The position numbers were made by a program, and so were the translations under genes. The notes beneath the pieces are model-generated. The model searched no databases. It was not told the DNA's origin and worked only from the letters and a program-made list of their open reading frames with translations. Of a stretch of DNA of 64,000 bases, positions 56,415 through 64,000 are shown piece after piece (the first letter of the stretch is position 1; each line of letters begins with the position of its first letter). The DNA comes from Candidatus Zambryskibacteria bacterium RIFOXYD1_FULL_40_13 (GTDB taxonomy: Bacteria; Patescibacteriota; Minisyncoccia; Phycocordibacterales; DATDWN01): contig MHWY01000008.1 in NCBI GenBank assembly GCA_001824295.1, positions 52,261-116,260 on the forward strand. Reading direction: 5' to 3'.

Positions 56415-57371
56415 ATGAACGAAGATATATTAAAAGACCAACCAGAATATGTAAAAAACTTACCCAAGCCCATCCAAGACTTTATATTTAATAGTGCCTG
56501 GAGTGAAAGGGTAGAAGAGATAGCAAAAAAATATACACTCAATGAAACCCAGACGGAGGACTTGGTAGATAATGTACTGCTTCTACTCATCGGTCTATTA
56601 GAACCAAAAGAGCTTCTCGGCACAATCATTGCTGAGCTGAATATTTCGCAACTCTTGGCTGAACAACTAGTAGATGATCTAGAAGTACGGGTCTTTGACT
56701 ATGCTCTAAAAAGCATGCAAAACAAAGAAAAAGGGCTTATTCTCCCAGCTGAAAACACCAAATCAGAGATGCCTCCTGTGCCAACCACACCCAAGAGCGT
56801 TCTCGATATTCAAAACGACCTACCAGAGATAAGGCCAGAAATTACTCCATTGGTTGAGCTAGGGGAGACTGCTCACACAAACCCCGTGCTAACCACACAA
56901 AAAGAGGCAACGCCACAAAGGGTCTATAAGTACGGACCGCAAGACCCCGTGAAAACTGAACAGGTGGCACCAATACATATTCCAGAGTCACCAAAGCTTT
57001 CTCCCGAGCAAATTCAAAAACCTTTTTCCGTACCGCGATATATTGGTGAAGATGGTGAGGTTAAACCAGAAACAGAAATGCTACAAAAGCCAGCACGAAT
57101 AAGTTACGGCGGAACTTCCACTACCAGCGAATTACCAGAAGCAGAATCATTTATGGACCTAAATACTGGCGGGGAAATGAAAAAGACCGCTTATATACCA
57201 AGTTACAACAAAACACAGCCCGAAGAACCAGCAAAACCGCAAGAGATAAAAGCAACAGAAACCAAACCAGTTGCCGAGGTTAAACCAGAAGAACCACCGA
57301 AAATACCAGAACCCATCACACCGCCAGTTAAAAGATATGACGTTGACCCATACAGAGAACCGTTGGAGTAG
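56415..57371 (+). CDS. Hypothetical protein with Pro/Glu-rich tail ending DPYREPLE
   Basis: Start set at MNEDILK (56415), after the preceding stop; part of the operon. Confidence 0.8.
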   Translation: MNEDILKDQPEYVKNLPKPIQDFIFNSAWSERVEEIAKKYTLNETQTEDLVDNVLLLLIGLLEPKELLGTIIAELNISQLLAEQLVDDLEVRVFDYALKSMQNKEKGLILPAENTKSEMPPVPTTPKSVLDIQNDLPEIRPEITPLVELGETAHTNPVLTTQKEATPQRVYKYGPQDPVKTEQVAPIHIPESPKLSPEQIQKPFSVPRYIGEDGEVKPETEMLQKPARISYGGTSTTSELPEAESFMDLNTGGEMKKTAYIPSYNKTQPEEPAKPQEIKATETKPVAEVKPEEPPKIPEPITPPVKRYDVDPYREPLE

Positions 57372-57477
57372 TTCATAAAGTCTATAAAGTCAAAAGTTTT
57401 TAAAGTAAAACACAATAAATGCTATACTTCTTAAGACTTTATGAACTTTATAACTTTACAAACTTTATAACTCTGCC
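57372..57477. repeat. Collapsed four-helix-bundle cassette: inverted AAAGT/ACTTT arrays
   Basis: 57431-57480 matches 58963-59012 at 47 of 50 nt. Confidence 0.85.
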
Positions 57478-57912
57478 ATGCGCTATCAAGTACCCCAATT
57501 TATTGAAATAGAAGACAAAATAATAGGTCCTCTAACCTTAAAGCAATTCGTATACTTAGTTGGTGGAGCTGGCATGTCTTTTATCATGTACAACTTCTTG
57601 CCGTTAATTGTTGCACTGTTGCTAATTGCCATTATTATTCCAATTTCTCTTGCCCTAGCTTTCTATAAAATAAACAATAAACCTTTTATTGATTTTATGG
57701 AATCTGCCTTCGCGTTCTATACAAAACAAAATCTATACATCTGGAAAAAAGAAGAGAAGATTGTTGAGGCAAAAAAAGCAGAGGCAACCACAGAAGCCCA
57801 AGTTTATGTACCAAGACTGTCTGATAGCAAGCTAAAAGAGTTGTCGTGGTCACTTGATATCAACGAAAATCTCAATCCACTTACTGGAGAAGATGGAAAG
57901 AGTACGAGATAA
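57478..57912 (+). CDS. PrgI family protein (VirB3-like)
   Basis: YQVPQFIEIEDKIIGPLTLKQF followed by two TM helices. Confidence 0.9.
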   Translation: MRYQVPQFIEIEDKIIGPLTLKQFVYLVGGAGMSFIMYNFLPLIVALLLIAIIIPISLALAFYKINNKPFIDFMESAFAFYTKQNLYIWKKEEKIVEAKKAEATTEAQVYVPRLSDSKLKELSWSLDINENLNPLTGEDGKSTR

Positions 57913-57949
57913 ATAAATTTTGGTTTAGGACTATGTTATAATCATCAAT

Positions 57950-58588
57950 ATGGCTGTAAATTCCAAAGCAACACAAGAGTTTGTCCCAATAAAAGAAGTG
58001 CGTGATGGCATTGTCGTCTTGAAAGATGGTTCAATGCGAGGGATTGTTCTGTCTTCCTCTGTAAACTTTTCCTTGAAATCAGAAGATGAGAGAAATGCCA
58101 TAATAATGCAATTCCAAGATTTTTTAAACTCTTTGGACTTTGTTGTCCAAATCTGTGTGGAGTCAAGAAGGCTAGATATTAGGCCATATATTGCACTTTT
58201 GGAAGAAAGGTATAAAGAGCAAGTAAACGACTTAATGAAGATACAAACCCGTGAATATATTGAGTTTATTAAAAAATTTACAGAATCCACAAATATAATG
58301 ACAAAAAGTTTCTTTATTGTTGTATCTTATGACCCAGCAATGATTAATGTTAAGGGCGGAGTAGCTGGAGGATTTTTTAAGAAAAAAACCGCGGCAGAAG
58401 AGCTGGAAAATAAACGGGCAAGTTTTGAAGAAAACAGAACACAGCTTGAACAAAGGGTCTCTGTTGTTGAGCAAGGTCTGTCACGATGTGGAATAAGAGT
58501 GGTAAGACTTGGAACAGAAGAGGTGGTAGAGTTATTTTATAAGATATTTAATCCAGGAGACACAGAGAAACCAATTAAGATTTCATAG
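57950..58588 (+). CDS. VirB4 N-terminal-like (TraC-like) T4SS protein
   Basis: IKEVRDGIVVLKDG, NFSLKSEDE, FLNSLDFVVQI; lies between PrgI and VirB4. Confidence 0.75.
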   Translation: MAVNSKATQEFVPIKEVRDGIVVLKDGSMRGIVLSSSVNFSLKSEDERNAIIMQFQDFLNSLDFVVQICVESRRLDIRPYIALLEERYKEQVNDLMKIQTREYIEFIKKFTESTNIMTKSFFIVVSYDPAMINVKGGVAGGFFKKKTAAEELENKRASFEENRTQLEQRVSVVEQGLSRCGIRVVRLGTEEVVELFYKIFNPGDTEKPIKIS

Positions 58589-58631
58589 TTTGTAAAGTTA
58601 AAAGTTTTTAAAGTTTATAAAGTAAAATACA

Positions 58632-58976
58632 ATGAAAATTGAAAGATTTGAAGATATCATAGCTTGGCAAAAAGGAAAAATGTTGGCCGTTGATATATAT
58701 GAGTGTTTCAAACCCTGTAAAGACTTTAGTTTTCGAGATCAGATTCAAAGAGCGGTTATAAGTATTTCAAACAACATAGCTGAAGGTTTTGAAAGACAAA
58801 GTAATAAGGAACTATCAAAATTTTTATTTATTGCGAAAGGTTCTTGTGCAGAGGTTAGGTCAATGCTGTATATTGCGTTAGAATTAAAATACATAACAAA
58901 AAAGGATTTTAAGGGCTTTTACTTAACAAGTCAGGAAATTTCTAAAATTCTTTCTGGTCTTATTAAAACTTTATGA
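58632..58976 (+). CDS. Four helix bundle protein (23S rRNA IVP/Avd-like family)
   Basis: FEDIIAWQK, DQIQRAVISISNNIAEGFER, FLFIAKGSCAEV. Confidence 0.92.
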   Translation: MKIERFEDIIAWQKGKMLAVDIYECFKPCKDFSFRDQIQRAVISISNNIAEGFERQSNKELSKFLFIAKGSCAEVRSMLYIALELKYITKKDFKGFYLTSQEISKILSGLIKTL

Positions 58977-59009
58977 ACCTTATAACTTTACAAACTTTAT
59001 AACTCTGCT

Positions 59010-60827
59010 ATGGGAATATTTGATTTTTTCAAAACAAAAAAAGAGGAACAGCGCGTCTCAACAATCCTTCCGCAGGAGATATATGACTCCAACTCCTTGG
59101 AATTGAAGGATATTATTGCTCCAAGTGCCCTAAAGATAACACCGAAAGAAATAAACTTGGGGGAAAAGGTTCTAAGAAGTTTCTTTGTTATCTCTTACCC
59201 GAGATATCTGAGCGAAAACTGGTTTGCCCCAATAATTAATCTAGACAAGGTGTTTGATGTTTCTATCTTTATTTCACCCATAGAAACAGCCCAGGTTCTC
59301 AAGACATTTCAAAAGAAAGTTGCGGAGGTACAAAGCCAGATAAACACCCGCGAAGCCAAGGGTTTGGTCAGAAATCCAATGCTTGATACCGCCTACCAAG
59401 ACCTAGAGAATCTCCGAGACCAACTGCAACAAGCTCAAGAAAAGCTTTTTGATGTTGGACTATATATCACAATATATGCCGAATCAAGTGATGCTTTAGA
59501 CAAAATCGAGTCAGAAATTAAGTCAATACTTGAATCAAAAATGGTTTATGTTAAACCAGCATTATTTCAGCAGGAGCAAGGATTCAAAACAACCATACCT
59601 CTCGGCACAGATACTTTGGAAGTTAAAAGCAAACTAAACTCATCTCCACTATCATCTCTCTTTCCTTTCGTCTCCTTTGACCTGACCTCTGACAAGGGAA
59701 TTCTATATGGAATAAACAGGCACAACTCTTCTCTTATTTTATTTGATAGATTCTCTTTGGAAAACTACAACTCTATAACTTTTGCAAAATCTGGTTCTGG
59801 AAAATCCTTCATGACAAAGCTAGAAATACTTCGTACTCTTATGTTTGATGCAGATGTTTTAGTTATAGACCCAGAGAATGAATACGAATACTTGGCCGAG
59901 GCTGTTGGTGGAAGATATTTTAATATTTCTCTAAACTCAGAACACCACATCAATCCATTTGAGCTGTCAGCTCCAGGAGAAGGGGAGTCATTTGCTAGTG
60001 TTTTGCGCTCAAACATAATCAACCTAGTTGGTTTGTTCCGTATTATGATGAACGGACTAACCCCAGAGGAAGACGCTATTATTGACCGCGCAATAACAGA
60101 GACATACGCACTGAAAGATATAACCGCCGACTCAAACTTTGAAAACGCAGAACCACCACTTATGTCTGACTTTGAACTTGTCCTCTCTGGTATGGAAGGC
60201 GGAGACTCACTAGCTCAACGCCTAACAAAATACACCAAGGGAACATGGGCTGGTTTTATTAATAGGCCAAGTAACGTAGATATAAACCAAAAATTCATCG
60301 TATTTTGTATACGTGATATGGAGGACGAGCTCAAACCGATAGCCATGTATATTATCATGCACTATATATGGAACATGATACGAAAGAAACTGAAAAAGAG
60401 ACTGCTTGTTATTGATGAGGCGTGGTTTATGATGAAATCAGATGATACCGCATCTTTCCTCTTGTCCCTAGCAAAGAGAGGAAGAAAATACTATCTCGGC
60501 CTTGCAACTATTACCCAAGATGTGGATGACTTCCTGAAATCTCCATATGGCCTACCCATTATCACCAACTCCTCTATTCAAATACTGCTAAAACAATCTG
60601 CAAGTACGGTAGATAAACTCCAAACAACATTCAACCTAACTGACGAAGAAAAGTACTTACTACTAGAGTCCGATGTGGGTGAGGGAATATTCTTTGCTGG
60701 TTTAAAACATGTTGCGATAAAAGTTATAGCATCCTACACCGAGGAACAAATCATCACCTCCGACCCATCACAGGTTTTGGCAATCAAGGCGGCAAAAAGA
60801 GACCTTGAAAACAGTGCTCAGCAATAA
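59010..60827 (+). CDS. VirB4-like T4SS ATPase
   Basis: Walker A AKSGSGKS, IDPENEY, INPF, Walker B LLVIDEAW, RGRKY, ITQD. Confidence 0.92.
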   Translation: MGIFDFFKTKKEEQRVSTILPQEIYDSNSLELKDIIAPSALKITPKEINLGEKVLRSFFVISYPRYLSENWFAPIINLDKVFDVSIFISPIETAQVLKTFQKKVAEVQSQINTREAKGLVRNPMLDTAYQDLENLRDQLQQAQEKLFDVGLYITIYAESSDALDKIESEIKSILESKMVYVKPALFQQEQGFKTTIPLGTDTLEVKSKLNSSPLSSLFPFVSFDLTSDKGILYGINRHNSSLILFDRFSLENYNSITFAKSGSGKSFMTKLEILRTLMFDADVLVIDPENEYEYLAEAVGGRYFNISLNSEHHINPFELSAPGEGESFASVLRSNIINLVGLFRIMMNGLTPEEDAIIDRAITETYALKDITADSNFENAEPPLMSDFELVLSGMEGGDSLAQRLTKYTKGTWAGFINRPSNVDINQKFIVFCIRDMEDELKPIAMYIIMHYIWNMIRKKLKKRLLVIDEAWFMMKSDDTASFLLSLAKRGRKYYLGLATITQDVDDFLKSPYGLPIITNSSIQILLKQSASTVDKLQTTFNLTDEEKYLLLESDVGEGIFFAGLKHVAIKVIASYTEEQIITSDPSQVLAIKAAKRDLENSAQQ

Positions 60828-60848
60828 GATTCGTGCCAAAGTAATGTT

Positions 60849-61547
60849 ATGAAAGAAACACCTCAAACAAAAGGATTGCAGAGCATCCGAAATGATCTTG
60901 GTGACGTTCCTGGTGTCAAAAACTTTAATGATGTTCGGCGTGGAATAAAGGAATCAAGGGAAACAATAAGGCAGGCATCTGGTACAATAAAAAAGGAAGC
61001 TACCAAACAGATTTTAGACGGAGTTAATAGTGAAGGAACAAGAATTAGAAACGAATTTGAAACGTCTAGTGGAATACCTTTGACCGAGATTCAAAACAGA
61101 TTCAGTAAGGTTGGCAAGATGATGCAGGACTCAAAAGCAAGATTTGAAAAGAGAAACCGGGTGACAAAAACGACTATAGTATTAATGGTTACTGTGGCCC
61201 TAAGCTACGACACAGCTCAGTTTTTTTTAAACTGGCTTCCGTTTCTGGGCACAATATTAGCATCACTTGTTGGTATATATGCCTGGCTAACATTCTATGT
61301 GTGGACATCTATTAAGGGATGGGGGATGTCTGACTCAATTAACAAATTCATTGTTTCTAAGGTTCTTCCTTTTATAGGCTGTATTGGGGTTTTAAATGTC
61401 GGGCCAGAAATAACCGCGGGGGTAGTATTCACCATACTTATTGTTAAGTCGGAGGATTTCATTTATAACAAAACAAAAGGTAGGTTAGATGAAGCGGTAA
61501 TAATTGAGGGATCAAAAACTCTCAAGTATTTAAAAAAGTTGGTCTAG
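60849..61547 (+). CDS. Membrane hypothetical protein
   Basis: Charged N-terminal half and 3-4 TM helices in the C-terminal half. Confidence 0.75.
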   Translation: MKETPQTKGLQSIRNDLGDVPGVKNFNDVRRGIKESRETIRQASGTIKKEATKQILDGVNSEGTRIRNEFETSSGIPLTEIQNRFSKVGKMMQDSKARFEKRNRVTKTTIVLMVTVALSYDTAQFFLNWLPFLGTILASLVGIYAWLTFYVWTSIKGWGMSDSINKFIVSKVLPFIGCIGVLNVGPEITAGVVFTILIVKSEDFIYNKTKGRLDEAVIIEGSKTLKYLKKLV

Positions 61548-61622
61548 GTTTTGGTTATAAACATTTTTGTGCTTGTGTATAAATGTATATTTAGAGCTTG
61601 TTCGTGTGTTACAATAAAACCA

Positions 61623-62618
61623 ATGAGATATTCTGTCTATATTTTGTTTTTCTGTTTTTTGGGGTTTTTTGCTGTAGCAGATGCACAACTTAGTGCACTA
61701 CCCCAAACAGAAATAATCGCAACAATAACTCCAGAAAATCCAAAAGCAAATGAACTAGTATATGTTGCCCTTACCAGTTACGGAACAAACATAAACACGG
61801 CTAAAATAACTTGGGCGACAGATGGGAAAGTCCAGAAGTCTGGGATAGGTGAAAAGTCATTCACTTTCAAGGCTGGAGCACTCAACACAAGTACCATGCT
61901 GGAAATCACAATTGAAACCCAAGAGGGTGAAACTATAGAAAAAACCCTTAATATAAAGCCTGTTTTGGTAGATTTGATTTGGGAAAGTGATGGTGTAACG
62001 CCCCCTTTCTATAGAGGCAAGTCACTTTTCAGTCATCAAAACAAGCTAACCTTTATTGCCTTACCACACATAGCACCATCTGGAGGCGCGGAAATAAGTG
62101 CAAAAAACCTTGTATACAAATGGAAGAAAAACGGCTCTGTTGTTGACAGCGCATCTGGCTTTGGAAAAAACACCTATACTTTTGTTTCCTCTCTAATTTC
62201 AAGACCTGTTAAGGTTGAGGTAGAAGTGACAACAACAGACAGTTCGGGGTTTGGTTATGCTTCTTCGGATATGGCTCCAATAGAACCATTAGTTATTTTA
62301 TACAAAAAAGATCCAATATATGGTCTTGAGCTACAAAAAATCCTACAGAACACACTTACTCTCACCGATTCAAAAGAGATAATGGTAGTTGGTGTGCCTT
62401 TGTTTTTTAACAAAACAAATTTTGATAGAAACGAGCTAACTTACAAATGGTCAATAAATGGCATTACCATAGAGAATGAGTCATATCAGTCTACCCAAGT
62501 CTTCAGACAGAAGGAGGGTGTAGCAGGAACATCAAGGATTGGTCTTTCAATTGAAAACCCCAGTAAAATATTGCAGTACTCAACAACTGCCTTCAATTTG
62601 ATGTTTAATAACAATTAA
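61623..62618 (+). CDS. Secreted Ig-like/beta-sandwich repeat protein
   Basis: Signal peptide from MRYSVY (61623); repeated Y-K-W motifs (LVYKWKKNG, LTYKWSING). Confidence 0.78.
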   Translation: MRYSVYILFFCFLGFFAVADAQLSALPQTEIIATITPENPKANELVYVALTSYGTNINTAKITWATDGKVQKSGIGEKSFTFKAGALNTSTMLEITIETQEGETIEKTLNIKPVLVDLIWESDGVTPPFYRGKSLFSHQNKLTFIALPHIAPSGGAEISAKNLVYKWKKNGSVVDSASGFGKNTYTFVSSLISRPVKVEVEVTTTDSSGFGYASSDMAPIEPLVILYKKDPIYGLELQKILQNTLTLTDSKEIMVVGVPLFFNKTNFDRNELTYKWSINGITIENESYQSTQVFRQKEGVAGTSRIGLSIENPSKILQYSTTAFNLMFNNN

Positions 62619-62622
62619 TTAT

Positions 62623-63513
62623 ATGAAGAAGCTACTACTTTCAATTACCTACTTAACAATGCTTTCGTTTTTTATTTTTCCTGTGTTTTCTACTGTCTAT
62701 GCCCAAACACAGACTGAGGTAAAAGAGTATGCAGTGCTTGCTCCACTACCAGGTATAACTGACGAAGGTTGTGTTGGAGATGCCTGCAAAACAACCCTTG
62801 AAAGATACCTCCCAAACATGTTTAACTTAATGGTTGGAATAGCAGTCACCCTGGCTTTTATTATGATTGCCTGGGGAGGGTTTACATACGCAACCTCTGA
62901 TGCACTAATGGAAAAGCAGGATGGTAAGGGTCATATAGAAAGCGGAATATATGGTCTGCTTATCGTAATTGGCGCTTGGCTAATATTGTATACAATTAAT
63001 CCACAAATTCTTAACTTTGATTTAATTATAGCTAGACCAGATATTAAGGCCGGGGTTCCAACAGTGACTGCCGGAGTGCCAATGAAAGCGGAGGAAATTG
63101 CAGAAAGCAAAAAAATCCAGTCGGAACTGGCGGGGAAAGGGGTTTATGCATACAAAGGACCATGTGAACAGGGCCAAACAACCCAATGTGTAAATCTAAA
63201 TGGCCTACCACAAAACGCCATTTCTGGTTTACTTGGAACAAAGAAGGCTTGTGGTGATTGCAGTATTGTTATAACCGGTGGAACAGAGGGTGGACACGCC
63301 ACCCATGGTGCTGGGGCACCTGTAGTTGATTTAAGACCTGGTGGTGGTTTAAATGCTTACTTGAAAGTAAATAACCCCGTTGATGGAACAAAGATATTTA
63401 CTTCTCCAAACGGCGCAATTAAAGGCCCGCGTGCAACATATGTATATGAAACCGCCGGAGGAAACAGTCAAGGAACATCGACTGGTGCTCATTGGCATGT
63501 AATATATCAATAA
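62623..63513 (+). CDS. VirB2/TrbC-like pilin fused to a putative M15-type zinc peptidase domain
   Basis: Pilin hairpin AFIMIAWGGFTY...GLLIVIGAWLILYTINP; C-terminal ITGGTEGGH..H..VDL..HWH. Confidence 0.75.
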   Translation: MKKLLLSITYLTMLSFFIFPVFSTVYAQTQTEVKEYAVLAPLPGITDEGCVGDACKTTLERYLPNMFNLMVGIAVTLAFIMIAWGGFTYATSDALMEKQDGKGHIESGIYGLLIVIGAWLILYTINPQILNFDLIIARPDIKAGVPTVTAGVPMKAEEIAESKKIQSELAGKGVYAYKGPCEQGQTTQCVNLNGLPQNAISGLLGTKKACGDCSIVITGGTEGGHATHGAGAPVVDLRPGGGLNAYLKVNNPVDGTKIFTSPNGAIKGPRATYVYETAGGNSQGTSTGAHWHVIYQ

Positions 63514-63514
63514 A

Positions 63515-64000
63515 ATGTCAAAAAAACTTTTTATAATCATACTTTCTATTGTTTTGGGATTATTCCTTACTAGTCTGGTTGGCTACTACTTTATTCTCCA
63601 AAGTAGTAACGCCACGGAACCAGGTGGAATAAGTAGCACGTTTAGAAATTTCTTTCCTTTTGGAAACAACACGAGCACAACAACAGAAATCGTGGAACCT
63701 ATTACAACAGAGCCAAACCAGTCAGGGCAACCACAGAACTACACTCAAAAATTACGAAAACTATCATCAGAACCAGTTGCAGGAGCTGGACTATTGGATG
63801 TTAAAGCAGGAACACTTGTCAGACACATAGAAAAAGCCACTGGTCATATATATGAAACGGAGCTTTTCTCACCAAACCAAAACCGTATTTCAAACACGAC
63901 CATACCACTCACTTATGATGCAATATGGGGCAACAAAAACAATGCTTTGGTTGCTAGATATTTGACAGAAGACAATAAAACAATAGAAACTTATGGGTTG
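63515..64000 (+). CDS. Membrane-anchored hypothetical protein (3'-truncated by the window end)
   Basis: ATG at 63515, MSKKLFIIILSIVLGLFL..., open to the end of the window. Confidence 0.8.
   Translation, partial: MSKKLFIIILSIVLGLFLTSLVGYYFILQSSNATEPGGISSTFRNFFPFGNNTSTTTEIVEPITTEPNQSGQPQNYTQKLRKLSSEPVAGAGLLDVKAGTLVRHIEKATGHIYETELFSPNQNRISNTTIPLTYDAIWGNKNNALVARYLTEDNKTIETYGL

Noticed and set aside
58632-58976. Diversity-generating retroelement suggested by the Avd-like four-helix-bundle gene
   Set aside because: No reverse transcriptase and no TR/VR pair differing at adenines seen in the window

Overview
AT-rich bacterial chromosome segment (standard code, TGA used as stop). The gene content (type IV pilus operon, PrgI/VirB4/VirB6/pilin T4SS-like locus, ComM, H+-PPase, TrmB regulators, trigger factor without its PPIase domain, almost no biosynthetic genes) points to a Patescibacteria/CPR genome, probably Parcubacteria (inference). 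It holds housekeeping genes (recJ, tpiA, nusA, tig, clpP, rny, HU, cca, xth, Xer recombinase, rpsO, pnp, pcrA, rsmA), four tRNAs, and six parS-like palindromes plus a DnaA box at 24.1-26.7 kb, suggesting an origin-proximal region. The best candidate for an undescribed system is the GC-richer island at 41.6-43.8 kb. There, back-to-back sigma70 promoters drive (i) a ~320-nt structured RNA ending in a long hairpin followed by CACCA and (ii) a lipoprotein-like ORFan followed by ~1.2 kb of densely folded non-coding sequence with an internally duplicated domain showing compensatory base changes. Other notable signals: a filled versus collapsed four-helix-bundle cassette in the T4SS operon, an orientation-fixed 3'-UTR repeat family, a tRNA-Pro nested between the two halves of a second tRNA-Pro, widespread leaderless promoter-to-ATG spacing, and a readable ECF sigma promoter motif. 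All calls were made by eye; no searches or folding programs were run.
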